The notes under the pieces were generated by a model. It was not told the origin of the DNA. It made no database searches and saw only the letters and a program-made list of their open reading frames with translations. Both the position numbers and the translations under genes were made by a program. From a virus (taxonomy: Duplodnaviria > Caudoviricetes), in IMG/VR virus record IMGVR_UViG_3300020195_000410, positions 1,972 through 65,971 of that record: 64,000 bases of DNA; one strand, given 5' to 3'. Every line of letters begins with the position of its first letter. Within the stretch, counting starts at the first letter, position 1. Shown piece by piece: positions 38,509 to 48,570 of this stretch.

Positions 38509-41500
38509 CTAATAAGAGAGGATATCATCACCTTCGCTTAGTTCGTCTGCTCTTTTCCAAGTTTCATCAGTTAATTTAAACTTGTGCCAAGGTGTGCATT
38601 TGACAACAGATCCATCATCCAATGGTATTTCATAAGTTTGAATTTCTCCATTTACATACAATCTTGTAACATTTTCTATTTCATTGTTTTCGTTTAAAAT
38701 CAAAAGAGGTTTTTTTAATTCCAGCCATTCTTTATTCATGTTTTTAATTTCATCAAACGAATATCCTTGGTCTTCAAATATTTCCAAAAGTGTAAATGAG
38801 CCTTCAGATGTTTTTATTTTTGTGTTGAATTCAAGACATCCTGCTGGCTTAACACATGTGGCACGGGCCGTTGGATTGATGCCGATCTTCAGGGCAATCT
38901 CTTCATTGACATCCAAGATCAGTTTGGCCATCTTCTGTTGAAGATGTGAATCAAACAGAACGCCGGGATTATCCATCATCCCCGTGATGGAGACGCCTAA
39001 CAATGCTTCACGGCAGAGAATCTTTCTGGTTGTTGGTCCGAGATAATCCAGATCAACATATCCAGCTTGACATGTACCAATGATCGCAGCAGCCTTGGAT
39101 GCAACTGCGTAATCTTCTTCGCTCTTGCAGTAACGCCCATTGATCTCACAGAGATTGCACGCTTCCCAGCCTGTGGCTCCAGTCTCAATATCGACAGGAT
39201 ACAAACCGATTTCAACGCAATTATGTGCATACACGCCATTTGCATCAAACGCATGAACTTCATCAATTGTGCAATCGTAAACTGGCAAACGACCTATCAG
39301 TTTTTTGTTGATTATCTTGTCTGTGAATTTGGATCGGTTTGGAGTTCTAGCATATCCATCAACAATTTGTTGAATTTTTTGTATCTTATCTTTGTTTCGA
39401 ATTGGAATCATTTTTTGAAATTCTTGGATATTATCACAAGAAATACACAATTCATGAGTTGCTTGACAATGATACAACTTCATTCCACCTTGACCATCAG
39501 GCATAAGGCGATCACCTTCTGGATAACGATCATTATAAATTTTGGAAAACACTCCAAAACTATTAAGAATGATTTGTAGGTTTTTAAGGTTGTTTTTGTT
39601 TATTGATGTTATTCTTAAAGAACAGCCTTTTTGATGATTTACACAGACTGTGCCATCGGCATCGAAATAGCCTGCCACCAATCCGGCCAAATACCGCCAA
39701 TCACCAGCCAGTGCTTTTACGTCAAGATGTTTGCCGTCTTTAAGGCAATTTTTAGACTCAGCAAATTTACTTAACTGTGTAGATTGTAAACAACTATAAA
39801 CAGAAGAATTTTCTTGTGCGTCCTTATGGTGTGGCGATCTCCATCCTGCGTTTTCCAACAAAGACAAAGCATCAGACCGATATTCTTCTCTGTTTTCTCC
39901 CCACCACTTCATCTCAGATGTGTTATCGACTAGATTTCCATCAGAAAGTAAATGCCCTAAACAATAGCCCCTTGCAAAGCTCTCTCGATCTGCTTCAAGC
40001 CATTTAACCTTTCGCTCTGTACTTGCACGCCATTCACCAGAACGATGGTTATGAATCACCACGTCGTCTTCAAATGTAATATCTCCAGATTCCTTCCACC
40101 CATCAGTTGTTAACAACTTGTGGTTTGTCGTCAATTTAAGAGTTCTTCCTGAATCAAACTCTAATTCAATTACATCTTTTACATCAGTTTTCCAAAAACC
40201 ATTTATTGATGATTTGTGTGGTTTTCCATCTACTAAAGCAATGAATTGTTTAGAAATCAAATTCTCTACTAATTGAAGTCCGTCGTGAGTTGATACAACT
40301 GTATCAGCCGTAACGCATGGATTTACCACGAGTTCTGTGCTATCTGACCAGACGAATCCGGGTTCTCCGAACTCACGAACGTAGCCCATCAACTTCTGGA
40401 AATCTTCCTTGCTGGTCTTGCCACGCAATAGAAGTGCTGAGTTGTTTGAACGACCACGCTGTGGGTTCTCAATGAACCAATTGCCGATCTTGGCTGTAGC
40501 CATCTCTTCATCATCTGGAGAGAACAAGCAGATTGTGGCCGAACGACGGACGCCGCCAGACAACACGGCATCTGAAGCGTGCATCACGATGTCGTATGCG
40601 TCAATTGGACGCAGGGCCTTCTGGCCATTCATGACACACTTGTTGAGTACATCACGAATCTTCTCCAATGCTCTCATCAACGGTTTTGGGCCGGGAGCCT
40701 TGCCAGATGATGAACCCAATGGAGCACCTTCCGGTCGGATCAAACTGTAATCGAACACAACTTCTGTGCCTTGGTATTCTGGAAACTCTCCGTCCTCAAA
40801 ATACGCACTCAACAGGACGCCGAGAGAATCAGACCAACCCTCAATGGAGTCTGGAATGATGTATACCTTCTTTGTTGTTTGAGATGTTTCTTTTGCCCAA
40901 ATAGAATCAAATTTTGGCAATTTTGCAATGTGATGCTTCTGTACAGAGAAGCCAGTCCCGCAACCGCACAACAATAACCAAAAACACTCTTGAAAGAATC
41001 TCGATCGATCACAATATGATGCAATACAATTTCCAGTCGGTAATCCAAACGGCAACATGAATGATTGATCATCTTCAACTTCAAGACACCAAACAGAATC
41101 AACACGAGAATGTTCGATACTTTCAACACGGAATGACTTTGCTGTCTTGCCAAATGCCGTGACGATATTGAATTTAATTGTTATATCTGATCGGAAGCCA
41201 AAGTTTGTTTCTTGTCCTGTCAGATCTGTTTCGGAAACGATATAAACTCCAGCAATTGGAAAACATTTCCTGATGAAATCTACAGATTTCTGCCCAGTAG
41301 CTTGGATTGAATCATAAGGCGACAATTTGCCATGTGATGCACCAACTTTATAACTACGACTCTTTGTCCCATCTGCGGTTAAATAACCACTCACAAACGC
41401 TCGTATCATCTCTGGAGAGTCAACGCTTGGATCAGGCAAAGTCTTTAGATATTTGCCAGTGTAGGCGATAACATCTCCTTCTAATGAAGCAGAAGAGCTG

Positions 41501-42216
41501 CTAATAAAACCATGTTCCAAAAATCTGTCTTCGTATTTTTCTTCTGCACCACACAATCTAACCCCAGACCAACGATGTTCTCCGTTCTGGTCTTTGTAGA
41601 GAGTTCCATCGCCATAAGTGTAGCCATAACACCAATACAATCTCTCCATTGGATTGGCATTTTCATAAACAAAATCAGAAAATACTGTTGGCCCAAAAGT
41701 AAGCTGGTCTTCTTCTTGCAAATTATCAGTAATTTCTTGATTTTTCAAAATCCAACGATGATTTTTCGTGGCATAAATATCATAAGGATCTCCGCCACGA
41801 ACAACAGATATCTTATAAAGACAATCTTCCCCATAACATCTTACAATCGCTTTTTTCCAATTCCCTAAATGAGACATGACAGTGACTTTATCACCATCTT
41901 GGAAATCACAAAAACTTTTCACACCTTCAGATGTAATAAACTCTGTTTCCCTACCCAAACAATTGTAGATTCTGGCATTCTTCTTGAGGATCGGATCACC
42001 GCCAAATTGTAAGGCTCTCTGCGAACCAAGAACCTTGCGTTGTTTCACTTGTTCAAAAGCCCAAGTGATGTCCCGCTCGATTTGCGGATACCTTTTGATG
42101 TGCATATCTCGCACACGATCAACAGCCTCTGCCCACGTTTCTCTTCTTTTCTGTTCCGGCAAGTAGCGGGCGTACTTACTGGCAAATGTGTAATCTTGTA
42201 ATGCTTTAACCGACAT
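38509..42216 (-). CDS. nrdJ: class II ribonucleotide reductase, N-terminal part, with two inteins and a split-intein N-fragment
   Basis: RRETW, SQRALQFGG, LL.G.G.GFSV, GGVRRSA, GEPG, NP|C, KPAG|C. Confidence 0.92.
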   Translation of the reverse strand: MSVKALQDYTFASKYARYLPEQKRRETWAEAVDRVRDMHIKRYPQIERDITWAFEQVKQRKVLGSQRALQFGGDPILKKNARIYNCLGRETEFITSEGVKSFCDFQDGDKVTVMSHLGNWKKAIVRCYGEDCLYKISVVRGGDPYDIYATKNHRWILKNQEITDNLQEEDQLTFGPTVFSDFVYENANPMERLYWCYGYTYGDGTLYKDQNGEHRWSGVRLCGAEEKYEDRFLEHGFISSSSASLEGDVIAYTGKYLKTLPDPSVDSPEMIRAFVSGYLTADGTKSRSYKVGASHGKLSPYDSIQATGQKSVDFIRKCFPIAGVYIVSETDLTGQETNFGFRSDITIKFNIVTAFGKTAKSFRVESIEHSRVDSVWCLEVEDDQSFMLPFGLPTGNCIASYCDRSRFFQECFWLLLCGCGTGFSVQKHHIAKLPKFDSIWAKETSQTTKKVYIIPDSIEGWSDSLGVLLSAYFEDGEFPEYQGTEVVFDYSLIRPEGAPLGSSSGKAPGPKPLMRALEKIRDVLNKCVMNGQKALRPIDAYDIVMHASDAVLSGGVRRSATICLFSPDDEEMATAKIGNWFIENPQRGRSNNSALLLRGKTSKEDFQKLMGYVREFGEPGFVWSDSTELVVNPCVTADTVVSTHDGLQLVENLISKQFIALVDGKPHKSSINGFWKTDVKDVIELEFDSGRTLKLTTNHKLLTTDGWKESGDITFEDDVVIHNHRSGEWRASTERKVKWLEADRESFARGYCLGHLLSDGNLVDNTSEMKWWGENREEYRSDALSLLENAGWRSPHHKDAQENSSVYSCLQSTQLSKFAESKNCLKDGKHLDVKALAGDWRYLAGLVAGYFDADGTVCVNHQKGCSLRITSINKNNLKNLQIILNSFGVFSKIYNDRYPEGDRLMPDGQGGMKLYHCQATHELCISCDNIQEFQKMIPIRNKDKIQKIQQIVDGYARTPNRSKFTDKIINKKLIGRLPVYDCTIDEVHAFDANGVYAHNCVEIGLYPVDIETGATGWEACNLCEINGRYCKSEEDYAVASKAAAIIGTCQAGYVDLDYLGPTTRKILCREALLGVSITGMMDNPGVLFDSHLQQKMAKLILDVNEEIALKIGINPTARATCVKPAGCLEFNTKIKTSEGSFTLLEIFEDQGYSFDEIKNMNKEWLELKKPLLILNENNEIENVTRLYVNGEIQTYEIPLDDGSVVKCTPWHKFKLTDETWKRADELSEGDDILSY
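38512..38838 (-). mobile_element. split intein N-fragment (109 aa)
   Basis: KPAG|CLEFNTKI...CTPWHKF...WKRADELSEGDDIL then stop. Confidence 0.85.
39220..40317 (-). mobile_element. intein 2 with LAGLIDADG endonuclease (366 aa)
   Basis: NP|CVTADT...HLLSDG...GYFDADG...VYAHN|CVEI. Confidence 0.92.
41029..41961 (-). mobile_element. intein 1 with LAGLIDADG endonuclease (311 aa)
   Basis: IYN|CLGRET...T.NH.W...YGDG...YLTADG...LPTGN|CIAS. Confidence 0.9.
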
Positions 42217-42320
42217 GGTTTGTTCTAGTCCTTTCTTATAGGTGGAAGGTAGCTAAGCTTAACAGCTACAAAAAAATCCACCTCAATTGATTGAAAATCA
42301 GTATTAACTACTGCGATGGA

Positions 42321-44339
42321 TTATGAGGAAAGAACAGTGACATCGTTGTGTTTTTTCAATGTCAAAGTCTCACATCCATGCAGCATTGACATCAGATTTT
42401 CGTTGTGTGTGGTAACGAAAACTTGCCGTTCTTTAGCAAGTTCAAATATCATGTTGAAGATGCCAACAACACCAGCTTTGTCGATGCCCCCGCCAGTGAT
42501 TTCATCAAGAAACACCAAGCTTGGGCAACAGCCAGAGTTAAGCATCATCACATACGCAAAAGCTTGTGACACAGCCAGATTGATCCTTCTTCTCTCTCCA
42601 TTCGACATGGAGTAATAGAAAGCAGGATTCCCGCTGCGAGTGATTGTTTCTTCAAGCTCGTTGTTGAATTTGAGTTCGATCTTACTGTCAATCAAATATG
42701 ACAGCCAATAAGCGATACGGGCGTTGAGAGCGGGGATGATTCCATCTACCACATATCTACGAATGCCTTTGTCGCCGAACGCTTCAACCCAAAATTGATA
42801 ATAAGGAAGCCGCTCCTCTGCCTGATACATCTCTTCGGCTTTCTTATCAGACCGTTCTTTGGTGTCGGTCTTCTCAGCTTGTGCTTCAACAATGATTTCT
42901 GCGTATGGCGTTTTGCCAGTCAATTCTTCTTTAAGAACTGCACCCTGCTTACGCAACTCAGTAATCTCTGCTTCAAGCACTTGCTCTCTGGAGCTACCTT
43001 CAGGCTTGCTAATTGCAGCCAGCTTGGTGATCTCCTTACGATATTCACGGATTTCACCTTCAAACAAAGCGATTGAACCTTCAGCAGTGCTGATGCTCTT
43101 TTGACTTGCCGCAACAGCCTGAACCCTCTTGTCCAATTCGATTGAATGTTGATCAATCGCAGCCTTCTCTTTATGGATTGTGCTGCGTTGTTCTTCCGCT
43201 GTCGTATGGCTATGCAGAAGAACTTTACCGTAACTATCCTTCTTAATAGTCCCCAAACACACTGGGCATTGGGCACCATCTTCGAGTTTGTCCAACTTCT
43301 CGATCTGCTTGAGTTGCTTATCCAACTCAAGTTGTGCTGATTTGATGGACATGTTGTGTTGTTGGATCACAGATGTAATCGCATCTCTGTGTTCCTTAGA
43401 AGATTCAAGTGTTTCACGAGCCGCAGCCAATGGCCCTTTGACATTCTTGATCTTCTGTTCTTTGTCTTCGATCTTAGCGGTCAGTTCTGTGATTCGATCC
43501 TGACCTTTCTGCCAGTTCGTCAACTGCTCGCCAGCATCGGTGTTTTGCAACGCCGCTTGCTTCTCTTTGACACGGGCCACAAGACTCAAGAAGTCATCCT
43601 TCTTTTTCTTCTTCCACGTAGCTTCCTGCTGTTCCAAAGTTTGTATTCTTCGATCACACGCTTCCAAGTTGTTGAGCAACAGTTCGTATTCGCTGCCCAA
43701 TGATTCAATCACCTTCTTGCGATCCTTCAACAACGACTTGGCATTGTCGTGATACTTCCGATACTGATCCAAACCCAACAAGTTCTCAACGAACTCTCGC
43801 TTTGTTGGCGTGTCAGATTCAAGGAAGGAATAGAAACTGGAATCATCGAAGATCACGATGTTGCAGAATGCGTGATGATTCATGCCCAGCTTTTCATCAA
43901 TCCAATGCTGGGTCACAGTAGGCGTTCCGCCCTTGGTGACTTCAGAACTTTCATCCCAGATGTGGTCTTTGCTCTCCCACACCTGAATCTTGCCAGCAAT
44001 TGATCCAGTCGATGACTTCTTGTATGTCCTCAAGACACGATAGTCATCCCACTGAATCTCAATTGTGCCTTTGTTCGCAAGAGTGTTAAGAAACTCTTTG
44101 CCTTTAAGTTTGGTCGGGCTTTTGACAGCTTTTCCGAACAAACCAATGGACAAAATTTCTTGAACAGAACTCTTCCCAGAGCCATTGCTGGCGGGGCAGT
44201 CTTTTGTGCCGGGATTGTCAAGATTGACGCCCCTGACCTGAATCACTTGACCGTAATCGGAGAAGTGAAAATGCACCCCTTCAGGGCCAAAGCACAGGAT
44301 ATTTTCTGCGTGTGCAGAGTGAAATTTCAGGTTTCTCAT
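42321..44339 (-). CDS. sbcC: SbcC/Rad50-like recombination ATPase (gp46)
   Basis: NGSGKSS, CPVC zinc hook, MSNGE, FLDE, TTH. Confidence 0.93.
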   Translation of the reverse strand: MRNLKFHSAHAENILCFGPEGVHFHFSDYGQVIQVRGVNLDNPGTKDCPASNGSGKSSVQEILSIGLFGKAVKSPTKLKGKEFLNTLANKGTIEIQWDDYRVLRTYKKSSTGSIAGKIQVWESKDHIWDESSEVTKGGTPTVTQHWIDEKLGMNHHAFCNIVIFDDSSFYSFLESDTPTKREFVENLLGLDQYRKYHDNAKSLLKDRKKVIESLGSEYELLLNNLEACDRRIQTLEQQEATWKKKKKDDFLSLVARVKEKQAALQNTDAGEQLTNWQKGQDRITELTAKIEDKEQKIKNVKGPLAAARETLESSKEHRDAITSVIQQHNMSIKSAQLELDKQLKQIEKLDKLEDGAQCPVCLGTIKKDSYGKVLLHSHTTAEEQRSTIHKEKAAIDQHSIELDKRVQAVAASQKSISTAEGSIALFEGEIREYRKEITKLAAISKPEGSSREQVLEAEITELRKQGAVLKEELTGKTPYAEIIVEAQAEKTDTKERSDKKAEEMYQAEERLPYYQFWVEAFGDKGIRRYVVDGIIPALNARIAYWLSYLIDSKIELKFNNELEETITRSGNPAFYYSMSNGERRRINLAVSQAFAYVMMLNSGCCPSLVFLDEITGGGIDKAGVVGIFNMIFELAKERQVFVTTHNENLMSMLHGCETLTLKKHNDVTVLSS

Positions 44340-44373
44340 GCCAACTCCATTCTAGGACAGCCATCTTAAAGCA

Positions 44374-45216
44374 TCAGTCGAGATGCGACAAGAGAGATTG
44401 TCTTAAAGAATCATCCAGCCTATCCCATTGGTGAATTACAGCATACGGTTGTCCTTGAGGATTCTTTAAGACACCATCTTCATGCTGCGGCTGAACAACG
44501 CCTTCTTTGACGCCTTCTCCAGTTAAACAAAGCCAATCGTGTTGCGGATAGGAAACAGAGTACGAAGCGTCTTCATTCAGAATTGTCATAAGATAATTGA
44601 TGGCAGATTGATCTGTGCATCGACCACGAGTCTTTAACATTGTGGCCCAAATCAAAAGGTGGAAATTCATAAGAGCTTGAGGAGTTCCTAAAGAAACACC
44701 TCCATTAACAACCCGTTTATCTTTGATGTCTTTAAGATGCACTGCTGGAACATCACTTTGGAACTCAAAGTTATCAATACAGGCAAATCCACTTTGTGAA
44801 ACCTTGAATCCTTCTGATGTTAGAACAACAAAATGATCCAAGAAGTCCTTGTTGCCATGAACGCTGCCAAACCTTGCTTTCCAAGCATCAACCCATTCAA
44901 AAGGACTTTGTTGAAACAGCACATCTCGGCAATCTGTAATAATGGCACAACGATACTTATGGCCATGATCATTCAGATAGTTCCAATAAGCAAGATGCCT
45001 GTCACGGAATAGATTCGTTAACTCCGTGACAGGCACATAAGCAATCTCATAGAAGTCCAATTTGTCGAGAACTTCTTCGGAAAGGTTGTCGTCTGTAAGA
45101 AGTACAACATCTGCTTCTGGAACTCGTTTGGTTGATTGGATATACGACCAAAAGCATGGATCGTTTAGGACCGGACCATTACCAAAGGTTAAGATGAGAT
45201 TAGGTCTTCTAAGCAT
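44374..45216 (-). CDS. glycosyltransferase-like protein
   Basis: TDCRDVLFQ..PF, NGGV..G, DQ..INY, HQWDR. Confidence 0.7.
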   Translation of the reverse strand: MLRRPNLILTFGNGPVLNDPCFWSYIQSTKRVPEADVVLLTDDNLSEEVLDKLDFYEIAYVPVTELTNLFRDRHLAYWNYLNDHGHKYRCAIITDCRDVLFQQSPFEWVDAWKARFGSVHGNKDFLDHFVVLTSEGFKVSQSGFACIDNFEFQSDVPAVHLKDIKDKRVVNGGVSLGTPQALMNFHLLIWATMLKTRGRCTDQSAINYLMTILNEDASYSVSYPQHDWLCLTGEGVKEGVVQPQHEDGVLKNPQGQPYAVIHQWDRLDDSLRQSLLSHLD

Positions 45217-46277
45217 TCTTCTCCGGCAGCAAGCAGCAGTTTTTCGTCCAGCCCATCTGGAACGCCCTTGTCTTTGATGTACTTTTCCAGCATCTGCTTG
45301 GTATCCATCAAGATTGATCGTGCTTCTTCTATAACAGAAGAGTCCTGATCCTCGATTTTCTTGTCGTTCTGTTTCACATCGACCGTCAGAGGCTTATATT
45401 CACGGGCAATTTTTCTTTGAAGATCAATCAGATCTTTCTTGCCCATATCGTCGGATGTGATCCTTACGAATTGATTAGTCAGATTGTAAGCCTCATTTTC
45501 AACATCTTGTTCTGAAACAATCAGATGTTTGGGGCTGAAATCATTGACAACGTATTCCTTCTCCATCGTCTCCAGATCGAGGATGATCAGATGTTTCTTC
45601 TGGAATGCTTCACCATAAGTCAATTGAAGTGGTGAACCAACATATTCAGCCTTTGCCGTAAGCGGCTGTGCTCCATGATAGTGGCCAAGCATGGTCATTT
45701 CCCATGGCTCAAACAGCGATGCGTCCACATGGATCATCTCTCTGTCATGTTCCACGATCACATCAGACCTGACTCCATAGAATGTGTTGGTCTGTGCTCC
45801 GCTGACAGCCATGTGGCCGAGCAAAATGTCTCCCACGCCATTCTTCTTGAAGTTGTTCAAGTCGCCAATGGGGTTCTCGCTGTATGGAAGCCAGTCGATC
45901 TTCCTGCCTCCGAGTTCCATTGAAGTTGGACTTTGGACAATCGAGATTCTTGGAATCGCCGACAATGGTTTCACAGAGTTGATGTCACAACTCTCTTTGT
46001 GGTACATGTCATGATTTCCAACCAACAGAAACATCTGTCTGGTGGATGCGTCATTCAACATGTGCTTCATGAAGACATCGAATGTCATCAAGTAGTTCTT
46101 GGTGTCGATCTTGGATCGTTCGTGGAACAGATCGCCAAGGAAGAAGATGTAATCAACATTCCTTTCTCCGGCAGTCTGGAAGATCCACTCCAGAACGTCG
46201 AGACAATCCTTGAGACGTTCAACCCTGTCCTTGTGGTCGTGAAGATGCAGGTCACTAAAAACAAGTGCTTTAGCCAT
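45189..46277 (-). CDS. sbcD: SbcD/Mre11-like nuclease (gp47)
   Basis: SDLH, LGDLF, GNHD, GH, GHYH, GSP.Q. Confidence 0.92.
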   Translation of the reverse strand: MAKALVFSDLHLHDHKDRVERLKDCLDVLEWIFQTAGERNVDYIFFLGDLFHERSKIDTKNYLMTFDVFMKHMLNDASTRQMFLLVGNHDMYHKESCDINSVKPLSAIPRISIVQSPTSMELGGRKIDWLPYSENPIGDLNNFKKNGVGDILLGHMAVSGAQTNTFYGVRSDVIVEHDREMIHVDASLFEPWEMTMLGHYHGAQPLTAKAEYVGSPLQLTYGEAFQKKHLIILDLETMEKEYVVNDFSPKHLIVSEQDVENEAYNLTNQFVRITSDDMGKKDLIDLQRKIAREYKPLTVDVKQNDKKIEDQDSSVIEEARSILMDTKQMLEKYIKDKGVPDGLDEKLLLAAGEECLEDLISS

Positions 46278-46665
46278 GTGGTTTCCTTTGAATTTCTTTC
46301 CTGCCCCAAGTCAGAGTACGAATATATTGATCGTTCTCTTCTGTCCAAGTTTTGGACCAAGGCCCTGTAAAGAGAATAGAGAGCGTGTTCGGCTTTGATT
46401 TCAAAAGCCGATGGTTGTAGGCACGAGGAATGAAGCGAATGCTGGGACCGATCCATTTTCTGTAAGTTTCGGACCCTTCTTTAACTTCTTCTTCGTAGCC
46501 GCCAGAAAGCAAGATGGCGATACCATCAAAGGCGTGCGTGTGGAACCGGTCTTGCTCGACCGTATTGAAGATGTGGAAGTAGATGCTGAAAAACCGCTTC
46601 CACTCAAAAATGGTGTAGCGTTCCAGAAAACCTTCGCCGAGAGCTATCCTTGCTTTCTTAAACAT
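46270..46665 (-). CDS. cupin-like protein
   Basis: FHTHAF, GGYEEE, HRL, TGP. Confidence 0.7.
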   Translation of the reverse strand: MFKKARIALGEGFLERYTIFEWKRFFSIYFHIFNTVEQDRFHTHAFDGIAILLSGGYEEEVKEGSETYRKWIGPSIRFIPRAYNHRLLKSKPNTLSILFTGPWSKTWTEENDQYIRTLTWGRKEIQRKPHG

Positions 46666-46705
46666 CGAGGCATTCTAACAGAACACCTTTCTGTAAGTAA
46701 AGGCA

Positions 46706-47098
46706 TCAACTCAATAAAGCACCGTCTGATGGAGGACCACCAGATCCCATTCCCGGAGGAGGTCCGCCACCCGGAGGACCGCCCGGTGGTGGGTTTTGGG
46801 CAGAAAGTTCTGCCTTCTGAGACTTATACTTCTTCAGTTGCTTCTCTTGTTCTATGGGTTGATGTCCCAAGATTGAGTCCAAAACATCCCAGACATCCGC
46901 ATGTTGTGGGATTGGCTGCGGCTCTGGTGGAGTTGGTGCTGCACCGCCCGGAGGAGGTCCGCCCATACCGCCACCCATAGGATCGCCACCCGGAGGTCCG
47001 CCCATTCCACCGGCCATTGGGTCCATCGGCGGTGCCCCCGGTGGGCCACCGCCCATACCCGGATCTTGCTCTAATAAGATGAAGTGTCTGAAACGCAT
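46706..47098 (-). CDS. Pro/Gly/Met-rich low-complexity protein
   Basis: MRFRHFILLEQ start 5 nt after TAAATA. Confidence 0.65.
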   Translation of the reverse strand: MRFRHFILLEQDPGMGGGPPGAPPMDPMAGGMGGPPGGDPMGGGMGGPPPGGAAPTPPEPQPIPQHADVWDVLDSILGHQPIEQEKQLKKYKSQKAELSAQNPPPGGPPGGGPPPGMGSGGPPSDGALLS

Positions 47099-47150
47099 AC
47101 ATCTATTTAGAACTTTGCAGTGCAAAAATTGGGTTGAAAACAAATTGGAC

Positions 47151-47179
47151 TTGGCAAACTCAATTCCAGCCATTACAAT
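47151..47179 (+). promoter_or_regulatory. sigma70-type promoter TTGGCA-N17-TACAAT
   Basis: Consensus spacing, upstream of the 47254 gene. Confidence 0.6.
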
Positions 47180-47253
47180 TGGGTCCGCACTGGCAGCAAT
47201 GTGGCTGCAAAACGCATGAGAATCCCGTTGGAACCCGTTTCAAGGAGTGAAAG

Positions 47254-47928
47254 ATGAATCAGATTGGCGAATTTCTAGGGCAGTACGCCACCAAGGAAGT
47301 GCTCACCGTAATGGGAGCACTCGTCACCGCTTGGCTGGGATGGAAAGCTGCAAAGGGCAGTTACGGCATGGTCGCCAGCATCGCCAAAAAGGCGAGCTTC
47401 ATGGGTCTGGCTTCTGCTGCAATGCTCGCTGTTGGCCTCGGTGCGGCAGGACTTGGGATCGGCGAACTCAACAGCCGCCCACCGGTGAAAGAAGAGACCA
47501 ATGTTGTTGGTCTCAGCAATCACGATCTTCTGAAGATCGTTGGAAACGAGAAGGCTTCGCCAGAACTCGTGAAGGCAATTCTGGAATACGCCAAGGCTCG
47601 TGACAAGAGCGACAACAAGCCTGCACCGAAGATCGAGCAGGCCAGCACGAAGGTTGCCTACAGGATCGAAGACAACAAGTTGATCCCTGTCTCACTGGAA
47701 GAGCCTGTTCTCAAAACTCCCTACGAAGAGATCACTATCGACCCTGTGAAGGAGTCTGTCGCTTCGGCGGAAGAGTCCATTGTGTCGCTGCCAATGGCAT
47801 GGGCACTCATCGGAATGGGCATCGCTACCTCGATCTCCGGCATCGCCGTGTTTGCCAACCGGCACAACAAACGCAACACTGATGACCCGAACCACCCGAA
47901 CTTCGAGTCTCAGTTCAAGCGTGCTTGA
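47254..47928 (+). CDS. membrane protein
   Basis: Three hydrophobic segments; AAGGAG RBS. Confidence 0.75.
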   Translation: MNQIGEFLGQYATKEVLTVMGALVTAWLGWKAAKGSYGMVASIAKKASFMGLASAAMLAVGLGAAGLGIGELNSRPPVKEETNVVGLSNHDLLKIVGNEKASPELVKAILEYAKARDKSDNKPAPKIEQASTKVAYRIEDNKLIPVSLEEPVLKTPYEEITIDPVKESVASAEESIVSLPMAWALIGMGIATSISGIAVFANRHNKRNTDDPNHPNFESQFKRA

Positions 47929-47931
47929 AAA

Positions 47932-48034
47932 CTGATCCGAAGCTGGGTGTAGGATCAGCAAGGAAGGTGTGTGAGGGTGGAACCCAGCAACCACCGCACT
48001 CAAAGTAGATCTGGAAAATGATCTCGCCTGCTTT
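47932..48034 (+). ncRNA. candidate structured RNA with kissing loops
   Basis: Hairpins ctgatcc/ggatcag and ggtgg/ccacc have complementary loops gctgggt and acccagc. Confidence 0.5.
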
Positions 48035-48038
48035 ACCA

Positions 48039-48078
48039 GCCCCGGACGACTTTGCAGTCGTCCGGGGTTTTTTCTTTT
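48039..48078 (+). terminator. rho-independent terminator
   Basis: ccccggacgac/gtcgtccgggg followed by a T-tract. Confidence 0.9.
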
Positions 48079-48170
48079 GAAAAGATTCAGAATCCTGTGA
48101 ACCTTTCCTGAACCAACTGCGTCTATTATTCTGTGCGAGCAACGATCTCAAAAATTTTTGAGAATAGGGC

Positions 48171-48199
48171 TTGCAAAATTTGTTCGAGACGACTACTAT
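48171..48199 (+). promoter_or_regulatory. sigma70-type promoter TTGCAA-N17-TACTAT for the tRNA operon
   Basis: Consensus spacing. Confidence 0.75.
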
Positions 48200-48250
48200 A
48201 TCATTACACGTGAGCGAAGTGCTCACACAACGAGAGAAAAAGAGTTCATC

Positions 48251-48307
48251 ATGCGATCCTTGCTAAGTTCATTGTCGAGTCTGTTTTATTCCCTTACAAG
48301 GGGATAA
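48251..48307 (+). CDS. attenuator leader peptide MRSLLSSLSSLFYSLTRG
   Basis: Between promoter and terminator; 13 consecutive Ser/Leu/Phe/Tyr codons matching downstream tRNAs. Confidence 0.8.
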   Translation: MRSLLSSLSSLFYSLTRG

Positions 48308-48334
48308 CGCAACCGCTATGGACTATGCTCAGGG

Positions 48335-48379
48335 AAAAAAGCCCGGCAACCCAAGTGGTTGCCGGGCTTTTTTGTTTTT
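48335..48379 (+). terminator. attenuator terminator
   Basis: gcccggcaacc/ggttgccgggc + ttttttgttttt. Confidence 0.9.
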
Positions 48380-48413
48380 GTCGCTAATGTGAAAGAAGGA
48401 AAAGAACGAAGAC

Positions 48414-48487
48414 GGTGATGTAGACCAATGGCAGGAGTCGCCAGCATGAGAGGCTGGACAGTGTGGGTTCGAATCCCACCATCACCA
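48414..48487 (+). tRNA. tRNA-Leu(GAG), short variable loop
   Basis: ggtgatg/catcacc; ccagc-atGAGag-gctgg; ttcgaat. Confidence 0.85.
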
Positions 48488-48493
48488 CTAGAT

Positions 48494-48567
48494 GCCCAAG
48501 TAGACCAACGGCAGGAGTCGTCAGTTTCAAAAACTGAACAGTGTGAGTTCGAGTCTCACCTTGGGTA
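48494..48567 (+). tRNA. tRNA-Leu(CAA), short variable loop
   Basis: tcagt-ttCAAaa-actga. Confidence 0.85.
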
Positions 48568-48570
48568 TAT

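Noticed and set aside
48521-48537. Possible TCA (Sec/opal suppressor) anticodon in TTTCAAAAA
   Set aside because: The stem tcagt/actga centres CAA in a 7-nt loop; the same holds at 48745
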